64,000 nucleotides of DNA from Geosiphon pyriformis uo1 (taxonomy: Eukaryota > Fungi > Glomeromycota): the NCBI GenBank assembly GCA_016748015.1, contig JAAOMT010000672.1, positions 319,094-383,093 of the forward strand, read 5' to 3'. Positions 1 to 13,970 of the stretch are shown one piece after another; the first letter of the stretch is position 1, and each line of letters begins with the position of its first letter. Under the pieces are notes generated by a model. It did no database searches. It saw only the letters and a list, made by a program, of their open reading frames with translations, and was not told where the DNA came from. Made by a program: the position numbers and the translations under genes.

Positions 1-19
1 GATGGATTGTAACACATAA

Positions 20-620
20 ATAATAGACAATCCTATTATTTCCTGCTGCATCAAGCAATTCCCGGAGGAAGATCCCCCGACCGCCGTTTTCATCTCTATC
101 ATTATCGCACAATTTCGGCAGTTGTACACTTTGGCGATTCTTTGAAAAATTCTCAGATGCTGATACCGCCATCACTACTAGTGAAAAGTGAAAAGAGAAT
201 TTTGAGTGAGAAAAGCAACTCCTCTCGATTTCCAACCTATGAACTCCTCTGCGATATTAGTATCAATTTCAAACGATCGGGACTTAAGACCCTATTGCAA
301 TGAACAAGGAAAAAGCGCAAGGGATAAAGCGACAGCAGCTTGTTGCAAACATTAGAAGATGGAAGACACTCCCAACGATACACTATTAGTCAAGGTGTAT
401 CTGACCCATCCTCAAAAATAGGTCTTGAAGCAGTGGATGGGCTTTTATAACAAAATTCCCATATTGGTTAGTCACAACAGGCTTGGGTAAAGCCTCAATC
501 CATCAAAAATAAATAAAAGTTTTACACAGACCCTTGTTGATTCTTGTTTAGCTCAGAAAAGAGGGAGGTGGTAAGAGAAGAAGATGATATCTATTTTCGC
601 GATTTTGGACCTGATAACCA
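20..620. mobile_element. IS607/Fanzor2 relic, copy A (heavily deleted, internal ~150-530 segment inverted)
   Basis: Minus strand ~45-135 reads VYNCRNC../DRDENGGRGIFLRELLD (Zn ribbon + RuvC-III). Plus strand ~170-300 reads ITTSEK*KENFE*EKQLL/RFPTYELLCDISINFKRSGLKTLLQ (IS607 TnpA). Plus strand ~320-450 reads KATAACCKH*KMEDTPNDTLLVKVYLTHPQK*VLKQWMG (TnpB N-terminus). Segment 545-615 matches the left end of copy C (34098-34155). Confidence 0.8.
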
Positions 621-1619
621 TTACTAAATAGGAATACTCAAAGTTTAGATAATGACAATATAGAGGCTATCGATTCTAGTAAGATTTTTTTGATTTAGAG
701 AAGTGTATAATAACCAATGGAGATTATTTACCTAATAAAAAAAAATATATTCTATATTGGTAAAATTTGTCTGAATAGTAAATTTTAGATCCTAAATTCT
801 AGATTCATAAAATTTTCAATTTTCCATGAAAACTTAATTTGAATATTGATGTATTTATATTTATTTTATTCCAACATCATTTGTTCTATTTCACCTATAA
901 AAACAACAACAAAAGAAAATCTCTTACTATTTCCCTTTAATTTCTATAAATAACTATATGTTTTTCTCCTGTTCCTTCCAGCCTTTTTTAGTGATTTCCA
1001 AAGATACGAAAGTTTATCACTGGAATAAAACGTCTGTAACTAAAATTTTGCCAAATAATCTTTTCAATAGGCCTTGGCATTGGATAGAATGTTCCCTTTG
1101 AGTTCTTTATTATTTCTAAGAATAAATGAAAGAATATTGAATTTCAATAAAAATTAATAGTTAAATATCAATGGCATTTTTTCAATTGTTAGTCTTAAGA
1201 TTTGAGTTCAATTTCTTAACCAATAATTCTATGACCGATTGCAAAAGGGTTTTTGAATTCACTAATATTAATTTAATTACCTTACAAAATTTATATTTTA
1301 TAATGATATTTAATACTTGAAAAAAAAAATATATATATAAAAATCTTTCATTGTAAATTTCTAAATTCATTTCTGAGAAAAATTTATAAATGTATTCAAA
1401 TGAAATATACAAAATAAATCAATTAGTTTAAAAGTTAAGTCTTTTATAGAAAAAAACTCAAAGGTCCAATTTTGCTTACTAAGTTGCTTGAAAAATTATT
1501 TTTTTTAAAAATTATTTGATAATATAGTTTAAATTAATTGTATTGAAAATATTGTAATCTTTATTATAAGTCATAAAGCTGAATATATTAATTTGAGATT
1601 TTTTCAATTATGCCAAGAA

Positions 1620-1624
<5 letters not shown>

Positions 1625-1652
<28 letters not shown>
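1625..1652. repeat. (AT)n microsatellite
   Basis: Direct dinucleotide run. Confidence 0.95.
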
Positions 1653-1655
<3 letters not shown>

Positions 1656-3702
1656 TTCAAAAGTATAATATTCATTGCCCTCACAGCAAGATTTATTATT
1701 AATATAAATAAAAATATTATTAATAAAAAGACTAATTTTATTTTTTGAAAAATCCATAATTCAAAGAAACTTGATAGAAAATTGTTCATTCTTCTAAAAT
1801 TAGTATACTTGACATTAAATCTTTTTTTATTTAAAATTCTTGTTTGCAAATTTTCTATGGTGTTTACAATATCGAAAAGGATTGTAAAGTTTTTGATTGT
1901 AACCATCTTTTAAAAACTATCTCAAGCGATAAAAAGTTCAGTATCTTTTGATGTCACAATATAAAATTTTCACTCCAAAGACTTCACGTGAAATTCCGCG
2001 TGCTAAATCCGTAAAAACTATTAAAGTGTGTGATGACTTGTATAGATTTTCCGTGTCTCTTCTCATGGCCTCATGGATATTTAGGTTTTTCCTAATTTTT
2101 CAATTGATTGTTTACTCAATCACAAAGAATTTAGGTTTTTTTAATTTAGTATTTTAAATTATAATTATCAAAGTAAGATCCAATTAAATAAACTTCTAAA
2201 ACGCATTATTTTGGGTAGAAATGTTACATGTGAATATCTTTAAGCGAAAACAAAAACCAAATCCGAATTTACCATAACTTTCCAAATTACTTTTTCCAAT
2301 TATCACACTTAGTTGGAATTTTTTTTGATTTAAATCAAATATTATACACGCATGTTTTAGCGTTTTTTTTTTAGATTTTATTTCAGCCTTTTCACAACAC
2401 ATATTGATCCAAAGAAAAACTAATTACAGACCAATTAATTAAAAATTTTAACAAAAAAGTGCATTTAATACACAAATTAAAGGACAAATTGTACAATTAA
2501 AAGAATTTTCAAATATTTCAATGAGATGCAAAGATACAAAAAAAAAATTATGGTTAAACGTTGCATTGTCAGGAATTCTTCAATTTTTTTTTGTCTTTGA
2601 CTGATTTCTTGGTTTCAATGAGGCACCATACAACGTGAGATTTTAAATCGACACAAAAAACGGATCATTACATAAATTAGTATACCTTTTTTGACATCCT
2701 TTTTAAGGCTTTGTCAGACTGAAAAGGAAATTAAAACTTAAAAAGGATCATTAGTATTTCAAAATATTAAAATTTTCATGGAAAAAATTTGATCCAATCA
2801 GAAGTTTTGTTTTTATTATGTGAAATTAGGAGGTGAACGAGAAATTATACATTCTATAAATAGAAGGGAACCTATTTATTTAAAGTTCACAATGCTTGAT
2901 TTTTGGGATTTTAAAAAATATATCTTTTATCTCCTTGCATACATTTAAACTTTTCAAATTATGCATGCAAGATTGAGCTGATTAATCTATTTAATAACGA
3001 TGCTAAGCAGTTGAAGCTCAAAGATAAAAACGAAGTGAAAAAATAATATATGAAAGTAATAATTGGACCCACAAAATTTTCGATATATTATTTCTTAACC
3101 AATCGGTGAGAAAGGAAAACCTGTATTCAGAATAAATATATAATTAGACTCTAAAATCAAAGGCTATTAAACTTTAAGATATAAATTTAAAAATAATGAT
3201 GCGATTTCAAAGGGTTTTTTATTTTATTTTTCTAAGAAAAAATTGAGCCAATTGCCAAATTTTGACTTAAATTAGCTTTCTTTGTTTCTATTAGTTCGGC
3301 ACTTATCTGCGATGCAGTGACCTTTGTTCTGCTGCAAATAATATGGCCAAATGGAAAATTTCCGATTCTTGTGACAGTTGATCGTAAAATAGTATTTATT
3401 CTCTATTTCTAAAAATATTTGAATTCAAAAAGAAAAGTTGTCATGCATAATATATATCATTTATCCGAGTGACCACATGAGCAATCTCCGATCTTATTTA
3501 CTGACTTCTAAAATTCACGAAAGACGTTTACAATTAAATGATTGATATCTCGCTAAATCCGGTAACATGATTTCATCTTTAATGTTAAGGATGCAAGTAT
3601 CGGTTTTTATGTGTATATTTTATCAAAAAATTTATTGTTAAATTTATTTTTTTATAACCTGTTTTTGAAGTTACTCAATTTTTTGCAACCAATAATTGGT
3701 GC

Positions 3703-3705
3703 TTA

Positions 3706-3777
<72 letters not shown>
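3703..3777. repeat. (TTA)n microsatellite
   Basis: Direct trinucleotide run; produces the spurious poly-Ile ORF 3611..3847. Confidence 0.95.
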
Positions 3778-6522
3778 GATAGGGGAACTGACTAAATTGG
3801 TCAGTATCTCACTAGTTCAAATTCGAGAAAAGGTATCAGGATTATAGATAAAAATAAATTTTTTATCAGTTGTTGTATCTTCAAAAGAAAAAGCATAAAA
3901 AAATATGAAAACTTGTGAAATTTCACCTTTTTTTTCCTACTATTTTTAAGTTTACCCCATACCATATGACAAAAAAGTAGAAGGTTAGTGTTTTTAAAAA
4001 ATATAATAATTTTTAAGGCCTATAGACCACCATCCCACAATATATTCATTGTTCTCACGTTTTTGTTTATTAGGTTAAAGATAATCATCTGATTTAATAA
4101 AATAAAGTTCTTTAAATTGCCAAGGATTCAAGACTATCAGAGTGGCTTATGAACATCCGAGAAAAATACGTCATTATACGGTTGCAATGACTAAATCCAA
4201 GATACTCTGGTAAAAGAAAAATAGCCTTTTTGGTTTTATAGATTGTTCCTGCAAGTCAGAAAAATCTTGATTTCCATTTGTGGGTTCATAGGCAAAATGT
4301 TTGTTAGTTATAAAATTAATCAAGATCCTCTCTAAAAGGATAAAAATAATTCGAATATTAATTCAGCATCTGAAATAAATTTATGTTACAAGGATGATTA
4401 TATTAAACACTATTATGTTCCAGATTTTCAAACTTTGAAACTTTCATCAAAGATTATTTGGATTTTATATTAGATGAGTCTTTTCTTCGTAAAATGGATT
4501 AAAAGACGGGAAAACAACATTATAAAGTGACCTAACGATCCATATATAGTTCACTTATTATAAACTCATCTATTTATTTAATAAAAATCACTCTAATGCA
4601 TTTAGAATTAAAATTGCTTGGAAGTTGAATGCAAAAAACGTTATTGAGATACTCTTTTACCAAAAAAAGTAAAGATTCTCAGCAGCGCCAAAAAAAAAAC
4701 GGATAGCCAAGCGTAACTAAAGCTGATCGATTTCAATAATCATTTTTTTCTTGGAATTTTAACCCCTTTACAATGTTTAAATGGAATTTCGAAAAAAAAT
4801 TATCGTTAAGCTAGAACAACTTTGAAATTTTTTTATAACTGGTCTACGCCTGTGTATATATGTTTGTTCCAAAATTGGTTTTGGGAATTAATATCTTTCC
4901 CAAATTGTACTTCAAATTTTTTTGACCAGTCATCTTTCAAAAAAGACCCCGAAATCCATCATGTTCCTAAAATTTTATTCACATTTATCTTAATTTCCTT
5001 TCAATCATGAATTTTGTAATTCGATTTATCCTTCTAATATTCGAATTAGCAGATCACAATTCTATTAAAGGTCAATTAACAGAAAGAGAAGTCGTATTGT
5101 CATTTTAAAATTTCACAGATCTCAATTACCGGCACGAGATCATTAACCAGCAGGGAACAGTGATTAGTAAGGGACAACAGAAAAAAGTGGCAAACAGTAA
5201 TCCAATTTTGTGATATTAAAACAGAGAAACAGCCGTGGCCAGAAGGAAAAACCATGTAGAATCAATGAGCAAAAGGACTCGCCACCTCCTGTTGGCTCCT
5301 GTATTCAAAAGTAACTCGAGAGTTTGGCAGAATTAATTAAATTTCTTCAAGGTGTGAGTATGATGGTCTGATAGGTGGTTTTGATTTAAATTTTTAAAAC
5401 CTTCTATTATAAATTGATTTTTACCATTCAGATTAAATATACTTTAAGAGTTCATCTTCACACTAAAAAGTTTATATTATTATAAAAAAAATACATGTAA
5501 TACATCATACCATAAATAAATGAATTACCATCACTCGTGGCGATCGATTATTGAGAACACAAAACCTACAATGGACAAGTAGTAATATCATAATTCCAAA
5601 TTGTTTGTTGTACTTTTGGTAAAAAGAATCGCATGTTTCTATTTTCGTAATGATTGCTGGGAATGAAGGAAGATAAATACCGCTCCTTTTCCCAAATTCG
5701 CCCACACCTTTAATTTGATCAGTTTTAACTTTCCCCCGGAGAGAGATCATTTAAAATAACACTTCTAGAATTTTCATCTGTTACTTTATCTCGTGTCGTG
5801 CATATTTTTAATTGACGAACAAAAATAGCTGCTTGCACTCATCAGTTGCCTATAGTTTTATTTGGAAATTAAGAAAAGTGAACGAATAGGAACACTTCTT
5901 CTATAGTTGTTGTTATTACGGGTCATTCTTTTTCTTGTTTCTATTTTTATGTCAATATATGCACAACCCATAAATAAAAAAAATTAAAAACAATACATAA
6001 GCCTTTTTAATATATTATTTAAATTAAAGAATTAATTTATGAACCTTTGTTCTTTTTTATTACAATCCCTTTTAAATTTCCACTGATAAATCCTATCATC
6101 CCTTCCTTTCCTACTCCTGCCCCAGATATTGTCTAAAGGATCACCTTAAATTTCTTCCCTATTCTTTATATCACTCACTTTCCCTATCTTTTCCTACCTA
6201 TTCTCGCTCCTCCCCTTTTTCACGCTACTCCTTTTAAAGACTTATCATTGGAAACGAACCAATATCATATAGCTTTATATATAAAAAGCTTTTTCAATTT
6301 TTTTCTGATATTCAAAAAAAAACTCATTTACTAGCTAAAAGCTTTCATTTCTAATTAAAACCAGAAAAATTTTAAACAAGTTAATCGACAAGATATTATT
6401 ATAAAACCAACTTTCCTTTGGCGAAAAAATCCCTCCTTTGATTTTATCTTTGAAGCACCATTTCTGTCATAAAACTCCGCGACGAAATTTTTCTGAAATA
6501 GAAAACTAGCATATCAATCCAA

Positions 6523-7889
6523 ATGGCATCTTTATTTCGTCGTAATACTGTTGTAATTATTTCTCAAAAGAATCCCGAAGACTTTTCTGACTATGCTACT
6601 ATTATGGCTTCAGAGGTATTTTTCTGTTAACTTTTCTCTTTGCATTTTCTCCCCCCCCCCCCCTTCTTCTTTTGCTAATACTTTCCCCAATAACTTTTGT
6701 GTTTTAGGAAGACCCAATAGTACTTAAAGAATTTATCAGTCGTCTTTACAAGGCTGTGAAGGATAAGGTTAGCAAGCTCAATAGCTGCTTTCACTCGAGG
6801 TTGTGAAGTTACTTGGACATTATTTAGCTTTGTGTAACTTCCCAACTTACGGGTATCAGCCTTAATTTGGAAACTTAATTGAATTGGATTTCCAATTTTG
6901 GTAACCAATTCCTAAATGACATTAATTGACATTTTTAATTTAATTTTTTTCCTATCATAGACAAAAAGTTTACAGAGTGCATACAGCAAACTCGACCACC
7001 TCAACAGTGAAATTTCACAAGAAAAGACGCGTTTCAGTGATATTGAAGATGAAAATGAATCGCTTAGAGGTAAAAAAAAAACCCCCAAATTTCAATTCTT
7101 TTTTAAAAAAATGTACGCGTTCCTATTAAATTTATCAAACAAATAAACTTAAAATTTTTCTCTTGGGATTTTAGAGCAAATGAATGAATTGCAAAATCAA
7201 CTCGTAACTAAAGAGGAAGAATTCAGGCAATGGCAAGAACGGGTATGTTTTTTTTTTCTGTAATTTTTCTGTTGGCTTTATTGTTTATGGCTTTGCCTAA
7301 AATTCTACCCTTCTACTTTTTCAATATTCAGCTCGTCACTTCAGCAATAGAAGAACGTGATCTATTGTTGGACGAACATGAAGAAGAATGTGCACAACTT
7401 GACGAACGTGTCTTTGAGCTTGAAACTTCACTTCAAACTGCAAATGAAGAAATCACTACTTTAACCACTCGTATCCGTGACTTATCAGACCATGCCTCAG
7501 AAACGAGAACTCGAAGATCTTCTATAGACTCTCGCTTTAGTGATGCAAGTACTGTTATAAATGCCGTGAGAGAGTATAACGACGAGAGGCAACAAATGGC
7601 TGAATCCCTTTTTGAGGTCACACAACGTAAAATATCCCTGGAAACTGAACTTGAATTGCTTAAACAAGAACAAAAAGAACTGCGGGTATTTATTTTTTCC
7701 TTAAAAATTTTTAAGCCAACTTTAATTTATAAAATGCTAATAACTTTTTTTTCTTTCTGTCAACTAAAGAATGAAATTCGAGGCATAAAAACCGATAATT
7801 CCCGCCTTCGACAAGAAAACCAGCAATTGAAACAGCAAATAGGGCGACGTGCGTTTATGCAGTTGGAAGAGATTAGCCTCGATGATTAA
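6523..7889 (+). CDS. Coiled-coil protein of unknown function, 6 exons (6523-6615, 6708-6767, 6961-7069, 7175-7242, 7332-7685, 7770-7889), about 267 aa
   Basis: All five introns are GT..AG with pyrimidine tracts, and the exons join in frame: MASLFRRNTVV...MASE/EDPIVLKEF...KDK/TKSLQSAY...ESLR/EQMNELQ...QER/LVTSAIEE...KELR/NEIRG...SLDD*. E/L/Q/K/R heptad-rich composition. Confidence 0.85.
6784..6860 (+). other. Long imperfect hairpin inside intron 2 of the coiled-coil gene
   Basis: Nested complementary arms GCTG/CAGC, ACTCG/CGGGT, AGGTTG/CAACTT, GAAGTTAC/GTAACTTC. Confidence 0.6.
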
Positions 7890-9767
7890 AAAATTTTCAC
7901 GTGGATTCGATAGTGACTCATTAACAACAACGATATCGGAATGATTAGGAACCAAGTACTTGATAAATTCTCATAACGAAACAAACCAATACAAACATTT
8001 GATTGGCATTTGCATATTTTTGCTGGCCATTTCACCAAAAAAACAATGCGTTTTTTTATGTAAATACACATTTAGAACAGCACCATACCGAGCTTTTTCA
8101 CCGCCAAAGCAAATTTCCCATTTCAATAACAAACATTTTTTGCAAAACGGCTTCGAATAAGTCCGAACGCGTTTTCAAATGATTCTTTTTACTATTTGAT
8201 ATAAATATTTTCGCCATTAATTACATCAGTATTTAGCCAACTTTTTTATCACAACTACTACTACCCAAGTCCATAATCTTTTTATATAATTATTGGACAT
8301 TTGATTTTGTATATGTATTACTATACGAGTAAACGTATTTTATGACATTTATAGTATTCTAAGATGTGTGGAATGGTAAATTTTTTGTACTTTAGACGAC
8401 ACTGCGTGACGTTGGGGTGTTTAGCAACAGTGGGTCCGGTTCATTCACTGTACGCAGCTGAACACTCTTGCAAAGACTTTTATATATTCCTCAACCTTTC
8501 TCAACCTTTTAATCGCTCTTTTATTTTACTTTTTCGCCGCATTACCCTTTCTTCTCCTTTTCTCCTTTCCGTGTAACGAAGTGAAATTTTTTTTTTCATT
8601 TTTTACAGAAATTCCAGTTCGGCGACTTGTTATTTTCTTGGTTAACAGTTTATAAAGAAAAAAGAAATTTATAGACTAAACTTTAGATTCTGTTCTAGTT
8701 CTGTCTTTCTCTTCTTGATAACTCCTCAATTTTAAATAGTTTTTAGAACTTCTGTTCTGTTCTGTTCTGTTCTCTTTTCTATATAACCCACTTTCGTCTT
8801 TTTCAAAATAATATTCGTCAAGTTACCGAAACCGATGGTGCCTTTGTTTAACTACTCGGCAACAAATCTCATAAATCCACGCCTAAAACAAATATTTAAA
8901 CATTATTTCAATAATAACAAATGAAGAAAACGCTCGACGCGTCAAACTCAACGAAAAAATACATTTTCTGTTCTACATTCTGTATAAATCACAGCACATT
9001 AAACACAGTTATTTTCCAACCAATAATAATAACCGCATAAACTCAAACATATTGTCATAGAAATATTTATAGCTTTCCCAAATTTTTAATTTAAGTGTCC
9101 GTATCTGTATAGGTTAAGATAGCTGTGCTAGAATACTCTGCAAAACAGATAATTATTTTAGCTAGTTAGTAATTTTTGTTAATGCATTCCCATTACCATC
9201 ATATTCGAGAAATTGAACAAGTCTTGAATGAGAATGAAAACTAACCGTTTATAGATACTTTCTGATGTATAATCATAATAAATAAATAAATTCGTGAGCC
9301 CCTTCATGTTTAATTAATGAATAGTGTCTAAAGTTCAATTGGGTGAGGGGAGGGCAGTAATGGACAACAGAGATGTAAAATGACGCTTTGGGGATCCCTT
9401 TTCGGGCATTTCTTGATAGAATCCTGAGGGTCATGCAGGTCTTTACTTTAGAAATGCTTAGTAATATTGATGTGCTACGATCCATTTGAGGATAATAATT
9501 TATTAAACATTTCTTTAGATTTTTAATTTTTTGGGGAACCATTTAAAAATTGAGATACTGTAATTAATTTTCAAGTAACATCCTTACTAAATAAACGATA
9601 TAATAATACTTTATTGACCAAATTTAAATAGGTTTTTAATGCAAACCAAAAAAATAAGTAATTTTTTAGTTTTTTTTTTTGAATTTTACTATCTTTTCAT
9701 TTGTAAAGATTATAAATATTTTAGTATCGGTTTCGATAATCTATGTTTCAAACTTTTTAGATATATA

Positions 9768-9792
9768 AATAGATAGATAGATAGATAGATAG
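9768..9792. repeat. (GATA)n microsatellite
   Basis: Direct tetranucleotide run. Confidence 0.9.
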
Positions 9793-10076
9793 AATTTATT
9801 AAAAGATGAAATTTATTTTTAAGAATTAAATTATATATTTTTAATCTCTTTGAATGATTTCTCTTTCGTTCTTTATTTAGAATTTTAATTAAAATTAAGA
9901 AAGCATATTATATATTAAATGGTAAGTATTGGTTCTTGGGTGATACAAATTAAATTATGTCTATCAAGTTTTAGAATATGCATAATTTTTTTTTTGTTTG
10001 TGTTAATTATGTTTAGTTATTTGAACTCAACATGACGAGATCTTTTGAACGCCTTCATGATCTTTGTAGAATTCCC

Positions 10077-10149
<73 letters not shown>

Positions 10150-10158
10150 TAATAATAA
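10077..10158. repeat. (AAT)n microsatellite
   Basis: Direct trinucleotide run. Confidence 0.95.
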
Positions 10159-13100
10159 CTCTAATTTAAACATTTAAATTTGAATTGGGGTTTGCTTAAC
10201 AAACTTGAGGCGCAATTCATATCAAAGAATTTACAACGTGGTTTCATATGTGCACATTTTTGTTAAAAGAAAATTAAAATAATTTTAAGGAAATGATTTT
10301 AAGAAAGATTCAGGTTTTATTAATTTTTTATTAATTTTTTCTTATCTTTATTAATTTTTATTTTTTATTAATATTTAAAAATATAATCTTATGATTAAAA
10401 ATTCTTATTATGAATATTAACAATTTTTTTTAATGAATAAAACTGAATCTTTTCTATTTGAAATTTAGAATTCTCTAAAATCTAATGAAGAGAAGTTTTT
10501 AAATTAAATATTCCCAAAAAAAGATTAACTCGCAAAAACAAAATTATCTAAAACATGATGATAAAGAAAAATTTTCGAAAAATTGCCAACAGACTCCTTA
10601 TTCTTTGACCATTTTTAACAAACCTGAAACTTTTTCTTAAATTATATCAATAACAATCAGCCAGCTTATTAACGACAAAGAATTTGTATGATTTTCATCA
10701 TTGAAATCTATTTCATTATTTTACGTTAAAGTGTTTTAGAATTTTTTTTTAATAAAGAAAATTAATTAGTGTGTGTGAGTCTAACTCCTTTTAATATTCC
10801 TGGAATTCCTTCGAAAATGTATCATTTAAAAAATTCCCTTTTTAGAGAAATCTTGTTGATTTATATTTAATATTTTACACAATCATAAAGAAATTCTAGA
10901 TATTCTTTCTCAATCATGAACTTTAATTAATTTGTGGTATACACAATACCTTACCATCCAGTATTGGTTTTTCAATCAAGGTAATCTTCTTTATATATTG
11001 ATTTATTTATATATATTATGTTGGAATGGTGTGTATTCCAAAATCGTCATTTCTTTTTAAATTTTTTAAAACGACCATTGTATCACGTAACTTTTTCGCT
11101 TTTGGAATCTAATTCTGAATCAAAAAATTTATTTCGGAAAAAGTATTCCATATTTAATTGAGGGGAATGTAAATATAAAATTTTGAATCAAAAATCTTGA
11201 AAGATATGTTTTTTCGTTTCATACAAAGAAACTTCCTACTAAATAATTAAACTCATCTATGATACTTTTAATGATAGCAAATTAGCTAACCTCTAGAATA
11301 GAATAATCAATTTTCCATTCCTATCGAACCTTGGCAGTTTGAAAAAGGTTTATTAAAAGCGTGAGATTATACTCAATCACAGGGATTCATAAAAAAAGTT
11401 AAAACAATAAAATTATTGTGAGACGGACATTTGGTTTAAAAATTCTTAAGCTATTTATGGAACAATTATATTAATATATTTTTTCTTTAATTTTACTCTC
11501 CAATTTTATCATATGACTGGTATAAACTTGGTAATAGTAAATAACACATGAATTTCCATAATTGTAAAATTAATTCACTTAATCTCTTTATTATAAATTA
11601 TTCCTGCATTATTAAACTCATAATTTTTATACGTTTATAGCTTTTACCTTTTTCAAAATACTCTAAATCAACGGCAATTTAATAATTTTTTGGGCTTTTT
11701 CACGAAAAATTCCGAATCTATGAGATTAGAATTTAATTCTAACTACTCTTAATAACAAAAATAAATAACTGTTAATTAATCTTTTGTAAAATAGGCTATA
11801 TAAAGATAAATACACGTTTCCAATCCAAGTAACGATTTATCAGATGCACAAAACCAAAACTTGTATATATATGTTATATAATCTACCAAGCTTCTGACTG
11901 GAAAGATGGACCGAGATTTCTAAATTTAGTATTTCTTTATGAAACATAATTGATACTAACCCTTTAATGGTTAATTTAAAATAATAAAACCTTTAAAAGG
12001 AAATTTCTCCGCATAAGATAGTCAGCCTTTCTAAAAAATTTTCTGAAAGAAATTTTGTGAAATCGGGCGGAATTGATTACCATTTCCCAATTATTTAAAA
12101 TCATAGAATTTATGAATAGTAGAGATAAGTACCTATATTAGAACATCCAATGACTTAAGCAATCTATTTAAAAAAAAAGTTATGGAAATTCTAAAGAGAT
12201 TTAGGAAATAGGGAACTAGTAATAGAAATAAGCATATGCTATATTGTTTTAAGCTGAATTCATATTTTAAAAAAGATAATCTGAAATTCAGGAGGTAAAT
12301 AAAAATAGAAGTATATTGCTATTTATTTTCTAACTTGTTAAATACCCCTTCCCCCTCCCCAAATAAAGCGTAAAACATTAATTAATTAACCTTATATTAT
12401 ATCGAAAGCACTTTGTCATTTATGGCGAAAGTCCAAGAAAAACTACTTTTGAAAAATAGATGATTAAAATTAACAAATTTAAGCATATATTTATTTTGTA
12501 AATAAATAATCATAAATTAAATAAAAGTTTGAGAATTTAATTTACAATGCAGTTAAGAATCATAGAATTCTACATTCTTTATATTACTAGCCTTTGAAAA
12601 ACCTCTTTTAGTATGCAAGAATCATATCGCAGCCGTGAATATATATTGGACAGATTCCAAGATAATTTTATCCATTACATTCATATATTACATTTTAAAT
12701 ATTTAAATTTGAAATACTTGGTATAATCTAGAAGTCACTATAATTTTCAGTTTGAAATTATAAATTATCTTGATTTAATTTAATTTAATTAAAAAAAGTA
12801 CATATTTAAAATTTCAGGTAATACTATTAGAATTTCAGCCACAAAATTTTGTAAAAATTGACTTTTCTGTCAAGAAAAAAGTGATTGATACCAAAATAAT
12901 ATGTATTCTCCAAGTATTGAGCTTTCTTAAATGCTGACAGTAGTTTATTGTAATTAGATTTCAAAGGCTAAAATAGTATTAAATTGATTTCTATAATTTT
13001 ACCAAGAATCATTTATGACTTGGATTTTACATAATTCAATATATTATCTCTTGAAATCGATAAGTTTTGAAACCGAATAATTTTATCGTGATAATATTTG

Positions 13101-13279
13101 ATAATTAGAATAATTAATTACTGGCACCACTTCACGTTATTATGTATTCATTTAGATATTACAATCAGGAAGAAGCCCAATAAAACCTTATTTTGATACT
13201 TAAGTAGAATATAGCTATATTTTTAACTTTAATTTATTTTCTAATATCAATTATTTTGATCGTTATCAATTTTGAATTT

Positions 13280-13970
13280 TGAAACTTTCAGGTTGAACCG
13301 AGCCATCTTTGAAATGCACATAGTGTTGCCTCGGCATCATATTAATAGCAAAATGAAAATGAAAATGAAAGCTATTCTTGTAACTTGAAGAAAGTATTGC
13401 AATCATCAAAAGTGATAATACAAAGATATAAATTCTGAAGGAATACTTTAGAAGTGATGCGAAATTCAAAACACCCAGATTGTTTTTAGATGATATTTCG
13501 AATCTCTTATACAAGACATTATTAGAGCCTTGCAAATCCACCGTTACTCAATTATAAGAATATAAAATTTTTTTAACCATCAGCAGTCTAGTAATCAAGT
13601 TTTAACTTAACGATTCTTTACCCACAATATCTCTTAAACTGACTCATCACAAAATGAATTTTTACGTTTGCAATAGGAAAATAAAATTTGTCTTTTTTTC
13701 TCGTAAAAACCTTACTATTGAAAATATTACGACTAATAATATTAGCTGCAATATTATTTCTAAATTCAATATAAAACTTGAATTCCTTTTTTGAGATCTT
13801 GGAGTATCCATCTAGGGTCATCATGCTTTTTTTTTGTCATTTGATTTTCATTTTCCACTTTCGATATATGTGCAATCTCATCTCGTTTCCCTCGAATTAT
13901 CAAATTAGATCTGTTGTCCCTTAAACCAGTCATTTGAAAAGCTTCTCATTCCTTGCTAGCAATACTCTGA
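13280..13970 (-). pseudogene. Possible degenerate protein-coding remnant (weak class-3 lipase-like resemblance)
   Basis: Fragmented coding-like frames; LGVLNFASLL...FRIY and MPRQHYVHF loosely resemble lipase-3 C-terminal motifs; no intact GxSxG motif. Confidence 0.25.

Noticed and set aside
1182-5010. Short I/F/L/K/N-rich ORFs here and in the AT blocks (e.g. 14393, 38992, 41313)
   Set aside because: Compositional artefacts of AT-rich or microsatellite DNA
5110-5470. GC-richer patch with GTGAGT..TCAG splice-like signals
   Set aside because: No consistent reading frame or recognisable motif on either strand
7230-7331. Signal-peptide-like N-terminus of ORF 7230..7889
   Set aside because: It is translated T-rich intron 4 (GTATGT..CAG); the real start is upstream at 6523
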